A stretch of 64,000 nt of DNA, taken from positions 40,261 through 104,260 of IMG/VR virus record IMGVR_UViG_3300013099_000018; one strand, given 5' to 3'. The DNA comes from a virus. The translations under genes and the position numbers were made by a program. Positions 9,651-18,789 of this stretch are shown here, piece after piece (positions within the stretch are counted from its first letter, which is position 1; each line of letters begins with the position of its first letter). Under the pieces are notes generated by a model. That model did no database searches. It saw only the letters and a program-made list of their open reading frames with translations, and was not told the origin of the DNA.

Positions 9651-11060
9651 TCACCCCCAAGCTTTTATCTGGTTTACAACTTTTCTGTCGATGCCTAAAC
9701 TTTCAAGCTTACTGATGAATTCATTGAAGTTGTTACTACTCCATGCTATTTTTGTTAGGATAGTGTTTAGTTTATCATCAGTTTCGACAAAAATAATTTT
9801 AGTTTGTAGTTGTGTTGTTTTGCTTTTAGTTCTATATTTGGTATTTTGCTTAATTGCAAATTTGCTTAAGTCAAATTCAGAATCTGTGGATTCTTCATAT
9901 TTTGGATATTTAAATCGGTATTCTAGAGCTTTTAGTAAGTTTACCCCTAGTTCTTTGCTAAGTTTTATAAGTGGTTTTCTTATAAACTTAATAAGTAGTT
10001 TAAACTTATTCCTAAGATATAGTTTATCTAATTTGTTTAATTCTTTACCATAATAGTTTATCTTTTCATAGATTTCTTTAGTTTTGTTGAAGTTTGGTTC
10101 ATCGAAAGGAATTTCGTAAGTTTTTAGAGCAATTGCTAATAACGTAGCTGTAAGCAAAACATGGTTATCAACGTCTTTAGGTGAATCTGGGAATCTTATT
10201 TCTACAGCATAATCCTTAAGATGTACACAACAGTATTTGTTTATGAAATGGTTTTTGTAGTTGTCATATTCATCTGGGAATTCCTTATATTCATATCTTT
10301 CGTAAGTATCAGGAAAACAAAACATATAGCTAAGCAAATCGCTAAAGAATAGTATATTTGAGGCAATAATTGTATCATAATCGAGCCATGACTTATTGCC
10401 ATTTTCCCAGGAGATATTAATGTGTCCACCACATTTATCTTCAATGCTTATGTTTTCTTTTCCAATTTCTGAAACAATAGCCTTAATAGCATGCCAATAG
10501 TCTTTTAATGAGCTAAATGGTTTAGTAACAAATTCCATGCCACAAGATTCATCGTAATAGTAGTTATCTAAGTATGGTTCAATCTTTGAAATATCAATGT
10601 CATCTAAGCTATAATAGTCATTATATGGGCAATAATCCCTATTGTAAATGTATTCACAATCACTACACCTATCGCAACAATCACACACCAGTTCTTGCCA
10701 CAAATAGTTTTCTTGACAAACTTCGCAAATATCTCTATCATCATTTTCTTCAAGATATCCATGCCTTATTGCGTAATCCCTTATGTCTTCGGGATTACAT
10801 CTTTCGCAATATAGTTGTTCATTTTGGCAATATTCACAAACTGGGCAATTGTCGCAAATTGCACAATAAGAACAGCTTTCACAGTCATAACCGCTTATTA
10901 CTGTTTCGATTTCTGTTCCTATTTTGTACATGAGTTTTGGTTTTATTGCTATTTGCTGTTTTTCCGATTCTTTTCCTGATTCTTCTATTATTTTGTCAAT
11001 AATCTTATCTAACTCCATGTTTAACATTATGGTGTTATTGTTATATAAACTTTGTGGCAT
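9651..11060 (-). CDS. Cys-rich putative amidoligase (mirror)
   Basis: GTEIE, GMEFVT, CGGHINIS, EIRFP. Confidence 0.75.
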   Translation of the reverse strand: MPQSLYNNNTIMLNMELDKIIDKIIEESGKESEKQQIAIKPKLMYKIGTEIETVISGYDCESCSYCAICDNCPVCEYCQNEQLYCERCNPEDIRDYAIRHGYLEENDDRDICEVCQENYLWQELVCDCCDRCSDCEYIYNRDYCPYNDYYSLDDIDISKIEPYLDNYYYDESCGMEFVTKPFSSLKDYWHAIKAIVSEIGKENISIEDKCGGHINISWENGNKSWLDYDTIIASNILFFSDLLSYMFCFPDTYERYEYKEFPDEYDNYKNHFINKYCCVHLKDYAVEIRFPDSPKDVDNHVLLTATLLAIALKTYEIPFDEPNFNKTKEIYEKINYYGKELNKLDKLYLRNKFKLLIKFIRKPLIKLSKELGVNLLKALEYRFKYPKYEESTDSEFDLSKFAIKQNTKYRTKSKTTQLQTKIIFVETDDKLNTILTKIAWSSNNFNEFISKLESLGIDRKVVNQIKAWG

Positions 11061-11850
11061 TAATCGTAATTACACTTGTGTAAGTACATATATGAAATTT
11101 CATGCATGAATTTTCATATACGAAATTTTGTGTATAAAGTTTCGTATATGAGATTTCATATAGGAATTTTCATATATGAAATTTTGTGTATAAAATTTCA
11201 TGCACAAATTTTCATGCATAAAATTTTGTGAACAAAATTTCATGCACAAAATTTCATGCACAAAAATTCACAAGTCGAATTACATAGCCTATATTACAAT
11301 TCTAAAATACCATTTACTTAATTGCTAATCAAAATTTGCATTTTCATATTTGCAAACCTATAATCTCAAGCACGTATTTCCATGCCTTAAATTCCACAAG
11401 CGTAAGTACACAATTGTAATTAGTTTGACGAAATTCAATAGCTGTAATTTGGCGTTCCCAATTAGCTATGTTTAATTGCACTTTTGAACTTACATATTTG
11501 TAATTACTCTGTGGTACTTGCATAGCTGTAATTTCGTGCCTGAAATTGCGTACCTTCAATTTCACAAGACGTATTACACTAATGCAATTTCAGCATGAAT
11601 CAATGGCTTGTTTTAATATAATCCTAATAATAAAAAGCAATTTATACTTGGTTTGCATACACAAGATTTATTCATCTTAAATTATACAAACGGAGCAATG
11701 CACAAAGACACAGTCGAGCCATGATGATGAGGCAAATTGAAATCCACACAGCACTATAAAAATCGAATTATAAAAAACCGCAAACAAAATGGCACAGACG
11801 GATTCGCACAAAAATATAAAAACCGAATTATAAAAAACCGCTGGCGGAAA

Positions 11851-11890
11851 CCCACATTATATTATTACACGTGTAATAATATAATGTGGG
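11851..11890. other. Palindrome apex, putative covalently closed hairpin terminus
   Basis: CCCACATTATATTATTACAC|GTGTAATAATATAATGTGGG, dyad at 11870/11871. Confidence 0.7.
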
Positions 11891-11899
11891 TTTCCGCCA

Positions 11900-11986
11900 G
11901 CGGTTTTTTATAATTCGGTTTTTATATTTTTGTGCGAATCCGTCTGTGCCATTTTGTTTGCGGTTTTTTATAATTCGATTTTTATA
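11900..11986 (-). repeat. Two 27-bp telomere-proximal direct repeats, 60 bp apart
   Basis: TATAAAAAYCGAATTATAAAAAACCGC at 11755 and 11815 on the left arm; mirrored at 11960-11986 and 11900-11926. Confidence 0.9.
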
Positions 11987-12151
11987 GTGCTGTGTGGATT
12001 TCAATTTGCCTCATCATCATGGCTCGACTGTGTCTTTGTGCATTGCTCCGTTTGTATAATTTAAGATGAATAAATCTTGTGTATGCAAACCAAGTATAAA
12101 TTGCTTTTTATTATTAGGATTATATTAAAACAAGCCATTGATTCATGCTGA

Positions 12152-12673
12152 AATTGCATTAGTGTAATACGTCTTGTGAAATTGAAGGTACGCAATTTCA
12201 GGCACGAAATTACAGCTATGCAAGTACCACAGAGTAATTACAAATATGTAAGTTCAAAAGTGCAATTAAACATAGCTAATTGGGAACGCCAAATTACAGC
12301 TATTGAATTTCGTCAAACTAATTACAATTGTGTACTTACGCTTGTGGAATTTAAGGCATGGAAATACGTGCTTGAGATTATAGGTTTGCAAATATGAAAA
12401 TGCAAATTTTGATTAGCAATTAAGTAAATGGTATTTTAGAATTGTAATATAGGCTATGTAATTCGACTTGTGAATTTTTGTGCATGAAATTTTGTGCATG
12501 AAATTTTGTTCACAAAATTTTATGCATGAAAATTTGTGCATGAAATTTTATACACAAAATTTCATATATGAAAATTCCTATATGAAATCTCATATACGAA
12601 ACTTTATACACAAAATTTCGTATATGAAAATTCATGCATGAAATTTCATATATGTACTTACACAAGTGTAATT
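12152..12673. repeat. Degenerate 14-bp-period array (about 38 units); best conserved at 12480-12647 (12 units, consensus RTRYAYRAAATTTY)
   Basis: AATT-like core recurs every 14 nt from 12152 to 12670 without phase loss; mirror at 11068-11589. Confidence 0.85.
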
Positions 12674-12678
12674 ACGAT

Positions 12679-12699
12679 TAATGCCACAAAGTTTATATA
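12679..12699 (+). promoter_or_regulatory. Conserved viral promoter TAATRCCRCAA-NN-TTTATATA
   Basis: Same motif at 14576, 15080 and 15464; predicts a leaderless start at ATG 12723. Confidence 0.8.
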
Positions 12700-14090
12700 A
12701 CAATAACACCATAATGTTAAACATGGAGTTAGATAAGATTATTGACAAAATAATAGAAGAATCAGGAAAAGAATCGGAAAAACAGCAAATAGCAATAAAA
12801 CCAAAACTCATGTACAAAATAGGAACAGAAATCGAAACAGTAATAAGCGGTTATGACTGTGAAAGCTGTTCTTATTGTGCAATTTGCGACAATTGCCCAG
12901 TTTGTGAATATTGCCAAAATGAACAACTATATTGCGAAAGATGTAATCCCGAAGACATAAGGGATTACGCAATAAGGCATGGATATCTTGAAGAAAATGA
13001 TGATAGAGATATTTGCGAAGTTTGTCAAGAAAACTATTTGTGGCAAGAACTGGTGTGTGATTGTTGCGATAGGTGTAGTGATTGTGAATACATTTACAAT
13101 AGGGATTATTGCCCATATAATGACTATTATAGCTTAGATGACATTGATATTTCAAAGATTGAACCATACTTAGATAACTACTATTACGATGAATCTTGTG
13201 GCATGGAATTTGTTACTAAACCATTTAGCTCATTAAAAGACTATTGGCATGCTATTAAGGCTATTGTTTCAGAAATTGGAAAAGAAAACATAAGCATTGA
13301 AGATAAATGTGGTGGACACATTAATATCTCCTGGGAAAATGGCAATAAGTCATGGCTCGATTATGATACAATTATTGCCTCAAATATACTATTCTTTAGC
13401 GATTTGCTTAGCTATATGTTTTGTTTTCCTGATACTTACGAAAGATATGAATATAAGGAATTCCCAGATGAATATGACAACTACAAAAACCATTTCATAA
13501 ACAAATACTGTTGTGTACATCTTAAGGATTATGCTGTAGAAATAAGATTCCCAGATTCACCTAAAGACGTTGATAACCATGTTTTGCTTACAGCTACGTT
13601 ATTAGCAATTGCTCTAAAAACTTACGAAATTCCTTTCGATGAACCAAACTTCAACAAAACTAAAGAAATCTATGAAAAGATAAACTATTATGGTAAAGAA
13701 TTAAACAAATTAGATAAACTATATCTTAGGAATAAGTTTAAACTACTTATTAAGTTTATAAGAAAACCACTTATAAAACTTAGCAAAGAACTAGGGGTAA
13801 ACTTACTAAAAGCTCTAGAATACCGATTTAAATATCCAAAATATGAAGAATCCACAGATTCTGAATTTGACTTAAGCAAATTTGCAATTAAGCAAAATAC
13901 CAAATATAGAACTAAAAGCAAAACAACACAACTACAAACTAAAATTATTTTTGTCGAAACTGATGATAAACTAAACACTATCCTAACAAAAATAGCATGG
14001 AGTAGTAACAACTTCAATGAATTCATCAGTAAGCTTGAAAGTTTAGGCATCGACAGAAAAGTTGTAAACCAGATAAAAGCTTGGGGGTGA
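12681..14090 (+). CDS. Putative amidoligase (COOH-NH2 ligase fold) with Cys-rich insertion; probable true start 12723
   Basis: GTEIE, GMEFVT, CGGHINIS, EIRFP motifs; many CxxC pairs after the first motif. Confidence 0.75.
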   Translation: MPQSLYNNNTIMLNMELDKIIDKIIEESGKESEKQQIAIKPKLMYKIGTEIETVISGYDCESCSYCAICDNCPVCEYCQNEQLYCERCNPEDIRDYAIRHGYLEENDDRDICEVCQENYLWQELVCDCCDRCSDCEYIYNRDYCPYNDYYSLDDIDISKIEPYLDNYYYDESCGMEFVTKPFSSLKDYWHAIKAIVSEIGKENISIEDKCGGHINISWENGNKSWLDYDTIIASNILFFSDLLSYMFCFPDTYERYEYKEFPDEYDNYKNHFINKYCCVHLKDYAVEIRFPDSPKDVDNHVLLTATLLAIALKTYEIPFDEPNFNKTKEIYEKINYYGKELNKLDKLYLRNKFKLLIKFIRKPLIKLSKELGVNLLKALEYRFKYPKYEESTDSEFDLSKFAIKQNTKYRTKSKTTQLQTKIIFVETDDKLNTILTKIAWSSNNFNEFISKLESLGIDRKVVNQIKAWG

Positions 14091-14193
14091 AAACATGCCA
14101 AAGTGTCGAATTTGCGGTGAATGGTTTATAGGGGGAAGTCCAAAGCATGATGATGACATATGCCTATACTGCTACTTAAAATCATGGGCGAAA

Positions 14194-14450
14194 AATAAAA
14201 TCGCAGAAATAAAACAAAAACAATAAAAATGCTCGATAAATGTCAGCATGTGGGAATCAGACATTATGACACGGCAGTCATTATAAAAATCGCATTATAA
14301 AAACCCCAAAAAGGAAATCACGGTAGGCATGGACATTAGCAAAGGGTGAAAACAATAAAAACCAAATTATAAAAATCCGCAATAGAATGCGGAGGCGGGG
14401 GCGGAGACTAACATGGGGGCGAAATTATAAAAATCAAATTATAAAAATCC
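14194..14450 (+). repeat. Array of (A/T)ATAAAAA half-sites in 14-bp-spaced pairs, pairs 72 bp apart
   Basis: half-sites at 14194/14208/14222, 14282/14296, 14354/14368, 14426/14440; same motif as the telomere repeats. Confidence 0.8.
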
Positions 14451-14575
14451 CAGAATGGGGGGCGAAAGAGGCTCATGTCGAGCCGTTTTCATTCATCTGT
14501 CGGAATATTCTTGATATCCTTTACATCGAGCCATTTTTATAAATATGTCGAGAGGTTTTAATTGTTATGTCGAGC

Positions 14576-14596
14576 TAATACCGCAAAGTTTATATA
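14576..14596 (+). promoter_or_regulatory. Conserved viral promoter
   Basis: TAATACCGCAAAGTTTATATA. Confidence 0.8.
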
Positions 14597-14623
14597 GCAA
14601 TTGCGGTATAGGATAAGATAGAG

Positions 14624-14998
14624 GTGGTTGAGATGGCAAAGGCTAAGGTGGATAGGGTTGAATTGGAAATGGTAAAAATAGTAGAAGAGTTAGCAAAGAA
14701 ATTCGGGGCAGAAGTTCATGTAGATGGTCAAACAGTCTATATACACAAGCCAGTACAACCAAAAATCCTTGCACACAGTGCGATAAAGGTCGCAGAAATC
14801 GGAGAGAACATCTACGAGGTGCAGGCGAGTATTGTCGTGAGAAAAGGAGATGAATCCAAAATTTCAAGCATAATTCCTGGTTCATGCATTTGTGCTTACA
14901 GTTTTGGTGAATACTACTTAACAATATTCGCAACTGGAGCATATGGTATTGAAAAACTCAGGAACATTCTAGAGCCAATCATAAAACTTTCAATCTAA
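14624..14998 (+). CDS. hypothetical protein (probable start ATG 14633)
   Basis: promoter, GAGGTGG RBS, T-rich tract downstream. Confidence 0.8.
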   Translation: MVEMAKAKVDRVELEMVKIVEELAKKFGAEVHVDGQTVYIHKPVQPKILAHSAIKVAEIGENIYEVQASIVVRKGDESKISSIIPGSCICAYSFGEYYLTIFATGAYGIEKLRNILEPIIKLSI

Positions 14999-15079
14999 TT
15001 ATTTCTTTAATTATTTCTCCTTTTTTGTAATAATTCTAAAATTGTTTAGCTTGGTTCTATCTGCTAATCCTCTATAGTG

Positions 15080-15100
15080 TAATACCACAAGATTTATATA
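15080..15100 (+). promoter_or_regulatory. Conserved viral promoter
   Basis: TAATACCACAAGATTTATATA. Confidence 0.8.
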
Positions 15101-15127
15101 ACAATTATGGCATAGTTAGGTATAGAG

Positions 15128-15391
15128 GTGGTTGAGATGGAGGGTAGGGTTGAATTGGAAAAAACAGTATGGTATACTTATGGTAAGCTGGAAGCAGTCC
15201 TAAGTAGCCTTAGAGAGATAAAAACAGAAGTTGGACATATAGCTGTAATCTTACACAGTATGAAATACAAAGATGAAACTGTACTAAAGACATTCACAGA
15301 GTTACTTGATAAATATGGTGAAGATATAAGGCTATTAATGTCGAGATTAGAATCTATAGTCCAGCTACTTCAGGAATATAAAAACTATTAA
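15128..15391 (+). CDS. small helical hypothetical protein (probable start ATG 15137)
   Basis: promoter, RBS, T-run right after the stop. Confidence 0.8.
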   Translation: MVEMEGRVELEKTVWYTYGKLEAVLSSLREIKTEVGHIAVILHSMKYKDETVLKTFTELLDKYGEDIRLLMSRLESIVQLLQEYKNY

Positions 15392-15463
15392 ATCCTTTTT
15401 TGTTTTTCCACCTTATTCGTTTCTAAAGAATCTCAAGCCATTATATCTAAATCCCTATCTCAT

Positions 15464-15484
15464 TAATACCGCAAGGTTTATATA
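15464..15484 (+). promoter_or_regulatory. Conserved viral promoter
   Basis: TAATACCGCAAGGTTTATATA. Confidence 0.8.
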
Positions 15485-15520
15485 ACGTTTGTTCGACTAT
15501 TTTATTGTAGAGGTGGTAGT

Positions 15521-16372
15521 ATGTGCGGTATAGGTGGAGTTTGGGGATTAGGTGATGTAAGACTGGACAAGAGAGATGCCAAGAGACTCATCGAGCTAGC
15601 AATCTATCTGCAATCGAGAGGCGATAAAGCCTTTGGCTTTTACAATGGTGAAAACGTGATAAAGTTCCCTTCCAGTGCTTCAGATGTCATCGAGATGATT
15701 GATAGGATAAGACCATTCAGTGAGCTTGTTGTAGGTAGAAACATGTTCCTAATGCACACCAGAGAGCCAACCATTGGAGACCCATTGAAAAACAAAAACA
15801 ACCATCCTTTCGAGCTTAAGGATATAGTATTTGCTCACAATGGCATGCTTTACGAATATACATTGTTCAAGGACATAAGGAGTGGAAATTCTAAATTCGA
15901 TTACGATTACGAATACATCGATACCTATGAAATACTTGGTAAAGTTGAAACGGATTTGCCTGAAACAGACTCATTCGAAATAGGAGTAGCAATTCAAGAA
16001 GAGTATAACAAATACAATGATTTCATCGAGGCTCTCGAAAGAGCCTTAAGCTACTTGATATATTTCGGGGACATGGCACTCTGGATATATTCAAAGAAAG
16101 ATGACCTACTTGCTTTATTCAGATTTGAAAGACCATTGTTCTATGGTTTCAAAAACAGCAAGCTATGGTTTGCATCAGAAAGATGGATGCTCGAAGAAAT
16201 CAGGGTCAAGAAAATCAAAGCTTTAAGAGACTGTGAACTCCTCGTTTATTCAAGAGACGGAGAAGAATACAATGACTTCATCGAGTTCAAGGTTAAAGGG
16301 AAATCACTAAACTGCGATTGCCATGTTGAGGAAGAATGGGATATCTGGAGAGATTGGAGATTTTACCTCTAA
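15521..16372 (+). CDS. class II (Ntn) glutamine amidotransferase
   Basis: N-terminal Cys nucleophile (MCGIGG), RG, HTR, NHPF, HNG, TDS. Confidence 0.9.
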   Translation: MCGIGGVWGLGDVRLDKRDAKRLIELAIYLQSRGDKAFGFYNGENVIKFPSSASDVIEMIDRIRPFSELVVGRNMFLMHTREPTIGDPLKNKNNHPFELKDIVFAHNGMLYEYTLFKDIRSGNSKFDYDYEYIDTYEILGKVETDLPETDSFEIGVAIQEEYNKYNDFIEALERALSYLIYFGDMALWIYSKKDDLLALFRFERPLFYGFKNSKLWFASERWMLEEIRVKKIKALRDCELLVYSRDGEEYNDFIEFKVKGKSLNCDCHVEEEWDIWRDWRFYL

Positions 16373-16375
16373 TTT

Positions 16376-17407
16376 TTGGATTTAAGTGAGGTGATGGGTA
16401 TGCTCCTTTCGAGGTTGGAAGAAGCTTTAGAGGCTAAGTTTGAAAAAGAGGTTGTAATTGGTGCTGAGATGGAAATCTATCTCATCGACATCTATGAAGA
16501 TAGATATGAACTACTAAATGAGAAAGACGTAATCGAGGACATTTACTCAGAGTTCGATGAAAGGGTTTACAAAGACTACTATGAGTACCAGCTTGAGATT
16601 AGAACTAATCCTTCTGAGGACTGGAAAGAAGTTGCTGATGAGCTAATCGAGCTAATGAAAGAGGTTTCGAGAGTTGCAAGAGAAAAAGAATGTATCATAG
16701 CTCCAGTTTCGTATATCAAAGGAGGAATGTTCTGCGGTTTCCATGTTCACGTTAGCTACAAGCCCGAAATGAGCTTTGGCAGAATGGTCGAGCATGCTTT
16801 AGCAATGTACCCATTTGTTCTCGATATTACAAGAATTACATTGTCCGCTCCATTTAAGAGCGAAAGATACGGTGAAGTGTTAAGTCTTAGACAACTTGAA
16901 AGTCCTCACATCGGAACTCTACCGTTGCATTATGACAACTATGAATACGAAGATTACTGGATATATGATGAAGAGGCTAACTTAAGTCATAGGTATCATG
17001 ATATAATCATAAACACTAACCGTAAAGAGGGAAGGCATAGAATTAAGAGCGTTGATACCATCGAGATAAGAATGTTCGATTGCGTTGGTTACAAGAGTGC
17101 TATATATTGCATAATTGAATCAGTTTACAACATTGCTAAGTACGTCAATCCAGAGTGGTTCAATAGATATAGGCGTAATTACTCATTAATGTTAAGAATA
17201 AGAGACTTGATAAACAATTCAAGAATCATGCTCGTCAATCCTAACGATTGGATTAATCCTCTAACTCTAATAAGGTTGGATGAATTACTAACGTACCTCG
17301 ATGTCGAGAATCGCATCGTTAGCCCTTGGGTATACTATGTCTACTGGGATTGCTATGACGTGGTACATCCAGAGACTCATGCCAAGTATAGGTATCCCAT
17401 TGCATAA
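16376..17407 (+). CDS. glutamate-cysteine ligase (GCS2)-like COOH-NH2 ligase (start probably 16394 or 16400)
   Basis: GAEME, QLEIRT, CGFHVHVS, TIEIRMFD. Confidence 0.8.
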   Translation: MDLSEVMGMLLSRLEEALEAKFEKEVVIGAEMEIYLIDIYEDRYELLNEKDVIEDIYSEFDERVYKDYYEYQLEIRTNPSEDWKEVADELIELMKEVSRVAREKECIIAPVSYIKGGMFCGFHVHVSYKPEMSFGRMVEHALAMYPFVLDITRITLSAPFKSERYGEVLSLRQLESPHIGTLPLHYDNYEYEDYWIYDEEANLSHRYHDIIINTNRKEGRHRIKSVDTIEIRMFDCVGYKSAIYCIIESVYNIAKYVNPEWFNRYRRNYSLMLRIRDLINNSRIMLVNPNDWINPLTLIRLDELLTYLDVENRIVSPWVYYVYWDCYDVVHPETHAKYRYPIA

Positions 17408-17615
17408 TTTTTTTATATTTAGTATTATTAAGTGCTACCGTTATAAAATAATCCTAGGGGAAATAATTTTCATGGTGTTACTCAATTAAAATTGTGGTTT
17501 GGGATTTCTTTTTTATCTCTGATTCGGATAATTCGAAATGTTGTTGCATTCGATGAATAGTTTAATTATAGGGTTCGTTTAATTGTCGAGATTTGAGGTA
17601 AAGCTAATATAGATA

Positions 17616-17903
17616 TTGTGGTATAGTTTGAATATTATTGATGAAATACTGGATAGAGCTAAAAAATCTAAGGTGATTTATGAGATACTCAGTATCTCAA
17701 AAGAACAATATGATGAGTTGTTTAGGCAATATTCAGAGGAGTTTAAGCAAATAGTTAAGACTGGAAAGTTTGTTGAAGCTTCCGTTAAGTTACTGAGGTG
17801 GTTGGGATTCGATGAAAGTGAGATTGATTTGGATAAGTTGATTAAGGGGGTAGTAGTGATGAAAGTATTGGTACATTATTTAAACAAAAGCAAAAAAAGC
17901 TAA
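17616..17903 (+). CDS. hypothetical protein
   Basis: 95-aa ORF. Confidence 0.6.
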   Translation: MWYSLNIIDEILDRAKKSKVIYEILSISKEQYDELFRQYSEEFKQIVKTGKFVEASVKLLRWLGFDESEIDLDKLIKGVVVMKVLVHYLNKSKKS

Positions 17904-17913
17904 AACGTAATAT

Positions 17914-18171
17914 TCAATAAAAGAATTCGTCATCGTTTACTACTTTTTTTACTTCTACGAAATCCCATATTTTGATGTCGTTCATTATTCTTTCGAACTC
18001 CTCTTTTTCCCGAGGGTTTGTAAGGTCAAATGTTTTCTCAAAGCCTAATCTTCCAGCTTTTGCTTGAACTATTGCTTTGTTGTCGAATTTCTTAACTCTG
18101 TAGAGTTTGTACCTTGATGTTGCTACTGCTTCTAAGAAAGTATCCCATTCATCTATTATGTACACTACCAT
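17914..18171 (-). CDS. hypothetical protein
   Basis: 85 aa, upstream TATA-like box. Confidence 0.7.
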   Translation of the reverse strand: MVVYIIDEWDTFLEAVATSRYKLYRVKKFDNKAIVQAKAGRLGFEKTFDLTNPREKEEFERIMNDIKIWDFVEVKKVVNDDEFFY

Positions 18172-18261
18172 ATTAAAGAATAGGTATAGTTTGCATTTTT
18201 AATAAACTTTATCAAGTGTAATTGAGAAAACTTTATAAGTCTGTGTCTTAGATGTCGTTTG

Positions 18262-18410
18262 AGATGTGCCGTGTGAGGGTGCACGGTGAACGGGGTCAAG
18301 GAGATGTAATCCCGAATCCGATGAGACCCAAGGATGAAGGATGCGTTGATAGCATCCAGACACACCTTCTGGACATTCTCTTCCACAAATAAAGCATTTG
18401 TACTTTTTCA
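18262..18410 (+). ncRNA. Candidate structured non-coding RNA (alternatively a 42-aa leaderless ORF from 18264)
   Basis: BRE/TATA GAGAAAACTTTATAAG at 18224-18239, GC-rich island with several stems, T-run at about 18404. Confidence 0.4.
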
Positions 18411-18420
18411 TGATATTAAG

Positions 18421-18789
18421 TCAATCTAACTTAGTCATGTGTTCTATTGACAGAACTAACTGAGGGTCTTTTGTTCCATCTTCAAGTATATACTCGTATT
18501 CATAAGCATCCTTAAGCCATTTATACAATGCTGAGATGTATAGTTGTTCACCTTCTCCAGTATCATACACGATTATGATTGACTTTACTCCTATATCCCT
18601 AAGAATGTTGATAATCCGTTTCGAGATTCCGAAACCTTTGAACTTTCTGAAGAAATGGTCATAGTGTCTCCTTCTCGTTACATAGACTAAGCCATTCTGA
18701 GATTTTTTGATAGTTCCAACTAACTTTTTACCAATGAAGACTTCTACATTCTGTTTCAGAATTTTATTTCTTCTTAATTTGACCTTCAT
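18421..18789 (-). CDS. hypothetical protein
   Basis: 122 aa. Confidence 0.7.
   Translation of the reverse strand: MKVKLRRNKILKQNVEVFIGKKLVGTIKKSQNGLVYVTRRRHYDHFFRKFKGFGISKRIINILRDIGVKSIIIVYDTGEGEQLYISALYKWLKDAYEYEYILEDGTKDPQLVLSIEHMTKLD

Noticed and set aside
1-11870. True duplication or long ITR giving two copies of each gene
   Set aside because: The arms abut with no spacer and appear identical, which fits fold-back of one end rather than two loci
12176-12397. 73-aa ORF (and mirror 11344-11565)
   Set aside because: Lies wholly within the 14-bp lattice and has no RBS; its internal peptide repeat follows from the 84-bp (6 x 14) DNA period
14194-14450. Mini-CRISPR array (72-bp period, variable spacers)
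   Set aside because: Repeats are degenerate, made of two 14-bp-spaced A-tracts, lack a CRISPR-like terminal motif and match the telomere motif; iteron-like sites fit better
18165-18411. Two overlapping minus-strand ORFs (70 and 73 aa) as a frameshifted zinc finger
   Set aside because: Cys/His spacing does not fit C2H2, composition is atypical, and an opposite-strand promoter with stems explains the region better; not fully excluded
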